Assembly (NCBI GenBank): GCA_036507115.1
Contig: DASXQO010000230.1
Location: forward strand, 1 to 62,693
Length of the DNA: 62,693 nucleotides
Source: Candidatus Eiseniibacteriota bacterium
GTDB lineage: Bacteria > Eisenbacteria > RBG-16-71-46 > SZUA-252
Direction of reading: 5' to 3'
Shown here: in pieces, positions 26,056 to 33,877 of the stretch
Layout: each line of letters begins with the position of its first letter
Numbering within the stretch: the first letter of the stretch is position 1
Made by a program: the position numbers and the translations under genes
Notes under the pieces: model-generated
The model's input: the letters and a program-made list of their open reading frames with translations, nothing else
Databases searched by the model: none
Told to the model about the DNA's origin: nothing

Positions 26056-27207
26056 TCAGGCGGGCGCGGGGGGATCCCCGCCCCGCACGCGGTAGCGCTC
26101 CGAAAATTCCCGCGCGTACTGGTGCAGGAGGCCGCGCTCGATCGCGCGGCGGGCGGCTTCCATCAGTGTCTGGTAAAACGTCACGTTGTGCAAGGTCAGC
26201 ATTCGGTGCGCGAGGATCTCTCCCGCGAGATGCAGGTGTCGAAGGTAGGCGCGGGTCAGGAGCGCGCACGCCTCGCACCGGCACGCGGCGTCGAGCGGCC
26301 GATCCGAGCGCGCGTGCTCCGCGTTCCGGATGTTCAGCGGACCTTCGCCGGTGAATGCCATCCCGTTTCGGGCGTTCCGCGTCGGAAGCACGCAATCGAA
26401 GAGATCGACACCGCACGCGATCCCGTTCAGGAGGTCGATCGGCGTGCCCATCCCCATGAGATAGCGCGGCAGGCCGGGCGGAAGCGCTTCGGTCGCGGCG
26501 CGCGCCAGCGCCCAGGTCTCGCGCTTCGTCTCGCCGACCGAGAGCCCGCCGATCGCGAAGCCGTCGCATGGAAACGCGGCGGTCCGCTCCGCCATTTCCC
26601 GGCGTAAGGCGGGATCCCCTCCCCCCTGGACGATCGCGAAGAGGAGCTGGCTCTTGCCGCCGGGAAGCGCCAAGGTCCGGGCGTGCCGGAGGGAACGTTC
26701 CGTCCAGCGGAGCGTGCGGTCCCCCGCCTCGCGCTGCTCCGCCAGACTGAGCGGCAGCGGAACCGCGTGGTCGAGCGTGACCGCGATATCGGAGCCCAGA
26801 TCCGCCTGCACCTCCATCGAACGCTCGGGGGGCAGAAATTCCAGGGCCCCGTCCAGGTGGGAGCGGAACTCGACGCCCTCCTCGCTCACCTTCACCCGCT
26901 CCTTGAGGCTGAGCACCTGATACCCGCCGCTGTCCGTGAGGATCGGTCCCTCCCAGGCCATGAAGCGATGGAGGCCGCCCAGGTTCCGGATCAGCCCGGA
27001 GCCCGGGCGGAGCATCAAATGGTAGGTATTCGCGAGGAGGATCCGGGTGCCCGTGGCCTTCAGATCGGCAGGCGTGAGTCCTTTGACGGTCCCCTGGGTG
27101 CCCACCGGCATGAACGCGGGGGTGGGAATGTCGCCGTGAGGCGTGGCGAGCGTGCCGGCGCGCGGTCCCGCCGGGTCACGTCCCGATGTGATGGAGAAGG
27201 CGCTCAG
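26056..27207 (-). CDS. tgt: Queuine tRNA-ribosyltransferase
   Basis: TPAFMPVGTQGTVKG, LANTYHL, GLSVGE, and a CxCxxC...H zinc site (CRCEAC). The only in-frame start-like codon at the expected distance from FMPVGT is CTG 27207, 6 nt after the upstream stop. The start is uncertain. Confidence 0.85.
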   Translation of the reverse strand: MSAFSITSGRDPAGPRAGTLATPHGDIPTPAFMPVGTQGTVKGLTPADLKATGTRILLANTYHLMLRPGSGLIRNLGGLHRFMAWEGPILTDSGGYQVLSLKERVKVSEEGVEFRSHLDGALEFLPPERSMEVQADLGSDIAVTLDHAVPLPLSLAEQREAGDRTLRWTERSLRHARTLALPGGKSQLLFAIVQGGGDPALRREMAERTAAFPCDGFAIGGLSVGETKRETWALARAATEALPPGLPRYLMGMGTPIDLLNGIACGVDLFDCVLPTRNARNGMAFTGEGPLNIRNAEHARSDRPLDAACRCEACALLTRAYLRHLHLAGEILAHRMLTLHNVTFYQTLMEAARRAIERGLLHQYAREFSERYRVRGGDPPAPA

Positions 27208-27212
27208 GGGTG

Positions 27213-28457
27213 CTAACGCTTGAGCGCGGCGTCGAGGTTCCGGCGCGTCAACGGAAGACTCAGGCTGGGGAGTTCCGCGCGCGCGGACCCCGAGTCCGGC
27301 GCGGCCGGCTCCCCGGGCGAGAGAAAGACCACCACCCCCGGTTTCACGATGCCGAGCCCCTCGAGCCGTTCCAGGACCCAAGGACCGCCCCGAGGCGGGA
27401 GCGTCCGCTCGAGGAGAACCAGGGACGGGGCCCTCCCCGCGGCGACGCGCTCGAGCGCCTGGATCCCGTGCGGTGCCTCCTCGACGACAAGCCCGTGCTG
27501 CTCGAGGAGAATCCGGACCCACGCGCGGACGAGCGGCGAGCGGTGCGCGATCAGCGCCAGCTCGGGATCGGGGGGTTCCTGCGCCCCCATCGCCCGCGCG
27601 GATTCCGACTCCGGATCGGGCAGCTCGTACGCGTATCGGTCCCCCCAGGGGATCGGCACCAAGCCCAGGTCGGAGGCGCCGATCGAGTCCCCTTTGCCCA
27701 GGAGCAGCACCCCGCCGGGCACCAGCGCCCGCGAGAGGTTCTCGAGCGCCGTCCGCCGCCCGTCCGGGGTGAGCGAGGACAGAAACCCGCGCGCGAGGAC
27801 GAGGTCGAAGGTCCCGAGGCAGAGGAGCGCGTCGGATTCGCAGAGATTGACCCGCGCGAATCGGACGTAGGGCCTGAGCGCGCTCGCGACGATTTCGCCG
27901 TCCCGCTCCGTGAAGTAGCGTTCGCGAAGCTCCGTGGGGATCGGCGCCGCGCGCGAGGCGGGGTAGGAGGCGCGGCGGGCGATCGCGACGGCGCGCGCGC
28001 TCAGATCGACGCCGATCACTTCGAATTCGAACGCGGCCGACCGGGAACCCGCCTCAGCGAGCGCGATCGCGAGCGAATAGGCTTCCTCGCCGGTGCCGCA
28101 CCCCGCGCTCAAACACCGGAAGCGGCCCGGGTCGCCGCGCGCGCGCGGTCTGCCGGGATCGGACGCCATCTCGAAGAGGGGCGAGAAATCCCCCGGCTCG
28201 CCGAAGACGCGAGACTCGTTCGCCGTGAGGGTCTCCACGAGGTCGTCCCAGGCCCGGCTGCCCGCGCCGTAGAGGAGATATTCCGCGTAGGCTTCCAGGC
28301 TGTCGAACGCGCGGTCCTGGATCCGATTGCGAAGCCGCTGCGCCACGCCCTCCGGAGCGCACTCCTTGAGCGAGAGCCCCCGCGTCTCGGCGAGACGCTT
28401 CTCCAGCGCCGCGACCGGGCGGCGCGTGAGGTCTTTGCCCCCCCGTTCAGCCGCCAT
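27213..28457 (-). CDS. CheR-type SAM-dependent methyltransferase fused to a degenerate (pseudo) receiver domain
   Basis: CheR_N-like region plus FRCLSAGCGTGEEAYSLAIAL SAM motif. The C-terminal ~115 aa have the CheY fold pattern, but AHRS replaces the acidic pair, E350 (LVLLERTLPP) sits at the phospho-Asp position, and LP replaces KP. Confidence 0.75.
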   Translation of the reverse strand: MAAERGGKDLTRRPVAALEKRLAETRGLSLKECAPEGVAQRLRNRIQDRAFDSLEAYAEYLLYGAGSRAWDDLVETLTANESRVFGEPGDFSPLFEMASDPGRPRARGDPGRFRCLSAGCGTGEEAYSLAIALAEAGSRSAAFEFEVIGVDLSARAVAIARRASYPASRAAPIPTELRERYFTERDGEIVASALRPYVRFARVNLCESDALLCLGTFDLVLARGFLSSLTPDGRRTALENLSRALVPGGVLLLGKGDSIGASDLGLVPIPWGDRYAYELPDPESESARAMGAQEPPDPELALIAHRSPLVRAWVRILLEQHGLVVEEAPHGIQALERVAAGRAPSLVLLERTLPPRGGPWVLERLEGLGIVKPGVVVFLSPGEPAAPDSGSARAELPSLSLPLTRRNLDAALKR

Positions 28458-29868
28458 GCGCCCCCGCCGATTCGATCCGGTATTCCTTGAGCTTCGTCCG
28501 GAGCGTCTGCCTCGAGATGCCGAGCCACTCCGCCGCCTTCGTCTTGTTTCCTCCCGCCTGCCCGAGCGCCATCTCGATCGCGATCCGCTCCGCCTGCGCG
28601 AGCGTCGTGATCCCCCCTTCCCCCTTGAGACGCGTCTCGAGCACCGCGGCGCTCCCGCCCGAGGCGCCGACGATCTCGAGGGGAAGATGCTCGGGGAGGA
28701 TCCACTCGTCGCTCTCGAGGAGGATCGCGCGCTCGATCACGTTCCGGAGCTCGCGCACGTTCCCGGGCCAGCGGTAGGCGAGGAGAAGCTCCAGCGCGCG
28801 GTCGGTGGGCCCCTTCACGTTTCTTCCGAGCTCCCGGTTCCAGTGGCCGACGAAGTGGTCGATCAGGGGCGGGATGTCCTCGGGGCGCTCGCGGAGCGGC
28901 GGGACGAGGATGCGGATCACGTCCAGCCGGAAGAAGAGGTCCTCCCGGAATTTCTCCTGCTGCACGAGTGTTTTCAGATCCCGGTTGGTCGCCGCGATGA
29001 TCCGGGTCTCGACCAGGATGTCGCTCACGCCCCCGAGTCTGCGAAACCGCTTCATGTCGAGGGCGCGGAGGAGCTTCGACTGGAGCGCCAGGCTCATCTC
29101 GCCGATCTCGTCGAGGAAGAGGGTGCCTCCGTTCGCGATCTCCATCAGCCCCTTCTTCGTCCGCTTCGCGTCGGTGTGGCTCCCTCGCTCGTAACCGAAA
29201 AGCTCGCTCTCGAGAAGGGTGTCGGGGATCGCGCTGCAGTTCACCTCCACGAAGGGGCCGTCGTGGCCGGGCCCCAGGTCGTGGATCTCGCGCGCGAGGA
29301 GCTCCTTGCCCACCCCGGTCTCTCCCTGGATCAGCACGGTGGAGCTGCCGGTGGTCGCGATTTTCCGGATCGTCTCGAAGATCTTCGCGAGCTTCGAGCT
29401 TCCGCCCACGATGAGGGTCGAGCCCGCGCGGCGGCGCTCGACGGCGCGGAGCCGCGTCACCTCCTCGGACAGCCGCGTCTGGGAGAGCGCGTTCTTGATC
29501 ACGAGCTTCATGTGGTCCAGCTCGAAGGGCTTTCCGATGTAGTCGAAACAGCCGGCCTTGGTCGCCTCCACCGCGGACTCGAACTTCCCGAACGCGGTCA
29601 TGATCACGACCTGCATCATGGGAAACCGCGACCGGATTTCTTTCAGGAGATCGAGTCCGCTTCCGTCGGGAAGCTTCTGGTCGAGCAGGGCGAGGTGGTA
29701 TTCCTCTCGATTCAGGATCTCCAGCGCCGACGCTTGATCTCCGGCCGTCTCCACCCGATACCCCTCCTCCGAGAGCCCCTCCTTGAGCGCGTACCGGAGC
29801 GTCTTCTCGTCGTCCACGACCAGAATGCCGAAGGTCTGCCTAGCGAGGATTACCACGCCTGTCTCCAT
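28447..29868 (-). CDS. NtrC-family response regulator (REC-AAA+-HTH) with a degenerate GAFTGA loop
   Basis: Canonical REC (VVDDE, LLDQKLPDGSG, IMTAF, GKPF). Walker A GETGVGKE, Walker B LFLDEIGE, WPGNVRELRN, and a Fis-type HTH. ELFGYERGSHTDA stands where ELFGHEKGAFTGA is expected. An alternative start is GTG 29856. Confidence 0.9.
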   Translation of the reverse strand: METGVVILARQTFGILVVDDEKTLRYALKEGLSEEGYRVETAGDQASALEILNREEYHLALLDQKLPDGSGLDLLKEIRSRFPMMQVVIMTAFGKFESAVEATKAGCFDYIGKPFELDHMKLVIKNALSQTRLSEEVTRLRAVERRRAGSTLIVGGSSKLAKIFETIRKIATTGSSTVLIQGETGVGKELLAREIHDLGPGHDGPFVEVNCSAIPDTLLESELFGYERGSHTDAKRTKKGLMEIANGGTLFLDEIGEMSLALQSKLLRALDMKRFRRLGGVSDILVETRIIAATNRDLKTLVQQEKFREDLFFRLDVIRILVPPLRERPEDIPPLIDHFVGHWNRELGRNVKGPTDRALELLLAYRWPGNVRELRNVIERAILLESDEWILPEHLPLEIVGASGGSAAVLETRLKGEGGITTLAQAERIAIEMALGQAGGNKTKAAEWLGISRQTLRTKLKEYRIESAGAHGG

Positions 29869-31036
29869 GTCGTTTCTCCACGGGTAGGTCGATGAGCACG
29901 CTCGTCCCCTGCCCGACCACGCTTTCGATCGAGATGGAGCCTCCGTGCTCGCGGATGATGGTCTGGCAGATACTGAGACCGAGCCCGGTCCCCTGGGTGC
30001 GCGTCGTGTAGAACGGATCGAAGACGCGCGCCAGCACGGCCGCGGGAATCCCGGGACCGTTGTCCTGGATGCGCACCTCGACGAGATCGAGGAGCGGCGC
30101 CGGGCGCCGCGCGCCGAGCCGGTCCCCCGAGCGCCGCCCGAGCCGCGAGCGCTCCGCGAGGCGCTTGCGGACCGGGCCGACGCCGATCGTGAGCTCTCCT
30201 CCCTGGTCCAGCGCCTGGAGCGCGTTCATGAGCACGTTGAGAATGACCTGTAATGTCTGATCCAGGTCGACGTAGACGTCGGGGATCGAATCGGCGCGAT
30301 CCACCCGGATGAGCACGTTCTGCCGCACCGCGACTTCGTGGACGAGCATGAGCGCCTTCTCCAGGGCAGGCAGGATCGATTGGCGCTGGAGTTTCGGCGT
30401 GGCGGGACGGGCGAACTGGAGCAGCCCGGTCACGATGCGGTCGAGGCGCGAGACTTCCTCGAGGATGAGATCGATGAACTGCGCCCGCGGATCCCCCACT
30501 TCCAGCCTGCGCTTCATGACCTGGGCCGAGGTGCCGATTCCCGCCAGGGGGTTGCGGATCTCGTGGGCGACTCCCGCCGCCAGCGCGCCGAGCGAGGCGA
30601 GCCGGTCGCGGCGCCGCCACTGCTCCTCCTGCGCCTTCTGCTCCCGCAAATCCTGAAACAGGGCGATCGTCCCCTGAAGCGAACCGTCGAGCGATTCGAG
30701 CGGAAGGAGCCTCAGCCCGACCGGAAGCACGTCTCCGGACCGGGTTACGACCTCCACCTCGCGCGCCTCCTCCGGCGCGGCACAGGCGCCGGGCGGCACG
30801 TGCGACTCCCCACGCGGCGCGCGCAGGATCCTCGCGACGTCCTCCCCTTCGACTTCCTCCGCGCTGTAGCCGAGAAGCACAGATGCCGCCGGGTTGATGG
30901 CCAGGATGGACGCGTCCCGGCCGATCGCGATCACCCCGAACGGCGCGTGCCGGAGAAAGCTCCACGCCGCGTCTACCGCGTGCTGGCCCGGCGGCGAAGG
31001 CTCGCCGCCCGCGTGGAGAACGCTCCGCGTCCTCAC
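29840..31036 (-). CDS. Soluble PAS-domain sensor histidine kinase
   Basis: No TM segment. PAS (FGVIAIGRDASILAINPAASVLLGY). H-box AHEIRNPL, N-box NVLMNALQA, G1 DNGPGI, and G2 GTGLGL. The GTG start overlaps the HEAT gene stop (GTGA). Confidence 0.9.
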   Translation of the reverse strand: MRTRSVLHAGGEPSPPGQHAVDAAWSFLRHAPFGVIAIGRDASILAINPAASVLLGYSAEEVEGEDVARILRAPRGESHVPPGACAAPEEAREVEVVTRSGDVLPVGLRLLPLESLDGSLQGTIALFQDLREQKAQEEQWRRRDRLASLGALAAGVAHEIRNPLAGIGTSAQVMKRRLEVGDPRAQFIDLILEEVSRLDRIVTGLLQFARPATPKLQRQSILPALEKALMLVHEVAVRQNVLIRVDRADSIPDVYVDLDQTLQVILNVLMNALQALDQGGELTIGVGPVRKRLAERSRLGRRSGDRLGARRPAPLLDLVEVRIQDNGPGIPAAVLARVFDPFYTTRTQGTGLGLSICQTIIREHGGSISIESVVGQGTSVLIDLPVEKRHGDRRGNPR

Positions 31037-32838
31037 GTCTGCGCTGCCTCGATGCGCCGGACGGCGTCCGTCGCGAGGTCACGGAGCTCCGGATCCCCGC
31101 CGCGCGCCACGGCGCGCAGCCTCGGGAGCGCTTCCGGATCGCCGAGCGAGCCCAGCGACTCGATCGCCTGCGCCGCGACCGGGGGAGCGCCGGTCGAGAC
31201 GGCGTCGAGCAGCGCTCCCACGGCGTGGGAATCGTGGCGGCGCCCGAGGGCGCGGGCCGCGGCGCGCCCGACCGCGGCGCAAGGATCGCCGAGGAGCTGG
31301 CACAGCCAGGCGGCGCGCTCGACTCCGCTCGCCTGCTCGAGCGCCGCGGCGAAGGTCTGTCTCAACCCCGCGTCCGGGTCGCGCAAGAACGCCCGGAGCG
31401 GCTCGAGGCCGAGCGCGGAAGAGGCCTCAAGCCGCGCTCGGAGGGCGTGGGCTCGTACCCGGGGGTCCTCGTCCGCCAGGAGTACTACCGCGGTTTCGAG
31501 CCATACGCCGCGCTCGTTCAGGCTCATCGCGGCCGCGAGCCTCACGCCGGCGTCCGGGTCCGATACCGCCCCCTGAAACAGGTCGCCCGCACGGCGCGGG
31601 TCGCACACGCGGAGCGCCGCCGCGCGCGCCGGTCCGTCCTGGGCGCGCTCGAACAGCCGCTCGGCGTCGACTTCGTGCTCGCGGATCGCCCGGAGCGCCG
31701 TGAGCGCCGCCTGCCTCACGTCGGGATAGGGATCGGAGAGGAGCATCGACTCTAGAATGGGTCCGGCGCTGGCCCAGCGCATGAGGCCCAGGCCCTCCGC
31801 CGCCTGCGCGCGCACGTGCCCGATCGCGTCCCCTGAAAGCAAGAGCAGCGCGTTCGCGGCCCCCCGGCCGCCCGATCGGCCGGCGAGCGCCGCGGCGCGC
31901 TCGCGAACGAGCGCGTCCGAGTGGCGGGTCAGGCCGAGACAGACGTTCAGGGCTTCCTCCTCGCGTGCCGCGGCCACCCGGTCGAGCGCCAGGGCGGCCA
32001 CGCCCGGGATCCGGTCCGCCGCCTCCGCGATCGAGCGGAGCGTATCCCCTTCCGCCCCGGCCGCGACCATCCCGAACGCCTCGCGCGCCCGCTCGCGGAC
32101 GACGCGGTCCGGCGAGTCGAGGAGCATGAGAAGAAGCGCCGGGCCTTCGGGCGGCCGGAGCCAGGCGATGAGCGCGATGCCGGTTCGTTGGGCGCCGCGA
32201 TCCCCGGACGCCACGAGGCCCCGGAGCCTCCGCTCGAGGAGGCCGGCCGGCAGACTCCCCGCCGGGACGGCCTGCGGCGCGCGCTCGTGGAGGTGGGCCA
32301 GCGCCGCGAGCGCCTCCGCTTCGACGGCGGGCACGCCGCACTGGAGGAACCTCACGAGCTCGGGAGTGGATCGCGCCGTGCCGTTCGCGCCCAGGGCGCG
32401 GATCACCGCGACCCGGACCGCCGGCTCCTCCTCCCCGAGCCGGTCCATCAAGAGCTCTTCCACGCCCGGATCCTCGAGCTTCGCCAGCGCGAGCGCGAGA
32501 GGTCCGGAGAGCTCGGGCCTCGACGCGAGGCATTCCGAGAGGGCGTCCGAAGCGCGGGGAATCCGAAGAGAAGCGAGCGCCTCCGCCGCGGAAACCACGA
32601 CGTCGGGGGAGGGGTCTTCGAGAGCGGACGCGAGGAGATCGGGTGGGATGGGGTCCGGACGGCCCTGGATCAGGCTGACGGCGAGCGACCGGGTTTCGGG
32701 GTCTGGATCGAAAACGCGATCCTCGAGCGCCCGGCTCAGCTCCGCGCCGAAATCCTCGAGCCTCTGCGCCTCACGGGCTTTGGCGCCCGGATCGGCGCGC
32801 TGAAGCAATTCCGCCGCTTCCTTGCGGGCTTTGGGCAT
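31033..32838 (-). CDS. HEAT/PBS-lyase-type repeat protein (about 12 repeats)
   Basis: Repeated D-P-x-x-x-V-R-x-x-A-x-x-A-L-G units, for example EDPSPDVVVSAAEALASL, SDPYPDVRQAALTALRAI, SDPDAGVRLAAAMSLN and DEDPRVRAHALRARL. Confidence 0.8.
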   Translation of the reverse strand: MPKARKEAAELLQRADPGAKAREAQRLEDFGAELSRALEDRVFDPDPETRSLAVSLIQGRPDPIPPDLLASALEDPSPDVVVSAAEALASLRIPRASDALSECLASRPELSGPLALALAKLEDPGVEELLMDRLGEEEPAVRVAVIRALGANGTARSTPELVRFLQCGVPAVEAEALAALAHLHERAPQAVPAGSLPAGLLERRLRGLVASGDRGAQRTGIALIAWLRPPEGPALLLMLLDSPDRVVRERAREAFGMVAAGAEGDTLRSIAEAADRIPGVAALALDRVAAAREEEALNVCLGLTRHSDALVRERAAALAGRSGGRGAANALLLLSGDAIGHVRAQAAEGLGLMRWASAGPILESMLLSDPYPDVRQAALTALRAIREHEVDAERLFERAQDGPARAAALRVCDPRRAGDLFQGAVSDPDAGVRLAAAMSLNERGVWLETAVVLLADEDPRVRAHALRARLEASSALGLEPLRAFLRDPDAGLRQTFAAALEQASGVERAAWLCQLLGDPCAAVGRAAARALGRRHDSHAVGALLDAVSTGAPPVAAQAIESLGSLGDPEALPRLRAVARGGDPELRDLATDAVRRIEAAQT

Positions 32839-32921
32839 CTTATCCGCGCTCGACTCCGCATCCAGGGGGGAAGGGAACTCAGGGCGCCGGTAATCTTCTT
32901 ACCAGCGACCTTTCGGCCCGG

Positions 32922-33107
32922 TCAAGCGGATTCCGGGCGTCCGCGCTCGGTCGGCGCGCCCTCCCGGGCCAGCCGGCGCAGGAGAAGGCGGCTCAGGACG
33001 CGGCGAACCTCGGGGCGGTCGTAGTATCGGTCCCGGATCCGGCGCCTGATTTCCGCCATCCGGGAGGAAGCCTCGATCTCCGGAGCTTCAATTGAGGTTG
33101 GCGGCAC
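32922..33107 (-). CDS. Small FlgM-like (anti-sigma-28 family) protein, tentative
   Basis: MAEIRRRIRDRYYDRPEVRRVLSRLLLRRL resembles the FlgM C-terminal pattern (I..aI..G.Y.vd...vA..ll). The start is GTG 33107 (20-nt overlap with the upstream gene) or ATG 33059. Confidence 0.35.
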   Translation of the reverse strand: MPPTSIEAPEIEASSRMAEIRRRIRDRYYDRPEVRRVLSRLLLRRLAREGAPTERGRPESA

Positions 33108-33423
33108 GGCTGCGGTCCCTCCGAATCGATGCGATCGCTTCGTTCCAACTGTCTTTCAAGTCGGCGAGCACCTCGGCGGCCTCGTCGAAGCGCCCCTCGG
33201 ACGATTCGGAAATGCAGAAGTCCAGAATCCCGAGGACGCGTCCGGCGACCTCCTCGCTCGCGAGCTCCAGACACTGCATGGACTCGCGGAGCGCCTCCTC
33301 GACCACCGGTTGACTTCCCGTCCGGCAGCCGCGCAGGGCGCAATCCAGTAATGCCAGCACTTCGTCGCAACGGCGGAGCCACCGGTCCAGCTCCGCGGGG
33401 TTCTCCTCATAGGTCTGGCTCAC
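33088..33423 (-). CDS. FliS-like helical chaperone, tentative
   Basis: 111 aa, acidic and helical. The C-terminus ...[30 protein letters not shown] closely follows my recollection of the FliS C-terminal helix (LYDYM....EV......AW..I). 4-nt overlap with the csrA stop. Confidence 0.45.
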   Translation of the reverse strand: MSQTYEENPAELDRWLRRCDEVLALLDCALRGCRTGSQPVVEEALRESMQCLELASEEVAGRVLGILDFCISESSEGRFDEAAEVLADLKDSWNEAIASIRRDRSRAANLN

Positions 33424-33644
33424 TTCGGCGCGTTCCCCTCACCGTCGTTCTCTTCCGGCTTCAGGGCCTGGGCCCGGCGATTCTCCTCCTGGATCCGCTC
33501 GTAGATCTCCTCGCGGTGAACCTTCACGCTCGGCGGCGCGTCGATCCCGAGCTTCACGTGGTTTCCCTTCACCTCCACGATCGTGATCTTCACGTCGTCT
33601 CCGATCCGGATATTTTCGCCGAGTTTTCGGGTCAGGAGGAGCAT
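33420..33644 (-). CDS. csrA: Carbon storage regulator CsrA (Bacillus-type with C-terminal extension)
   Basis: 74-aa C-terminal part of tracked ORF 33420..34292: [59 protein letters not shown]. Confidence 0.95.
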   Translation of the reverse strand: MLLLTRKLGENIRIGDDVKITIVEVKGNHVKLGIDAPPSVKVHREEIYERIQEENRRAQALKPEENDGEGNAPK

Positions 33645-33848
33645 CGTGCCCTCACTCTGTCTCCGGCGTCCTGCCGGGAGGCGCTTCGGCCGGAGCCGGT
33701 CTTGAGGCCGCGCCTCGTGCGCGTCCTCGCTCGGCTCGTCCTGATTTTTCTTCGGCAGGAGCGACCGGCTTCTGAACCCGGAATGCCCGTACGGAAGCCC
33801 CTCGCGGCGTCTCCGGTGCCACGAGGCCGGATCGAGCCAGGGCGTTCG

Positions 33849-33877
33849 TTGTCGCGTGGTTCGCACCCTGTTACGAT
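33849..33877 (+). promoter_or_regulatory. Sigma70-type promoter candidate (TTGTCG-N17-TACGAT) for the TolB-like gene
   Basis: TTGTCG at 33849-33854 and TACGAT at 33872-33877. If used, the transcript would start just before GTG 33886, nearly leaderless, and the tracked start 33856 would be wrong. Confidence 0.25.

Noticed and set aside
32887-32905. Hairpin (ctggtaa-gaaga-ttaccgg on the minus strand) after the FlgM-like ORF as an intrinsic terminator
   Set aside because: A short stem with a G-U pair and no following U-tract. Read-through into the HEAT gene seems as likely, so it is not called a terminator.
33807-33821. TGGCAC-N8-GC on the minus strand upstream of csrA as a sigma54 promoter
   Set aside because: Only the TGGCAC hexamer and the GC dinucleotide match. 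The TTGC context is absent, and TGGCAC alone is expected many times by chance at this base composition. Kept only as a note.
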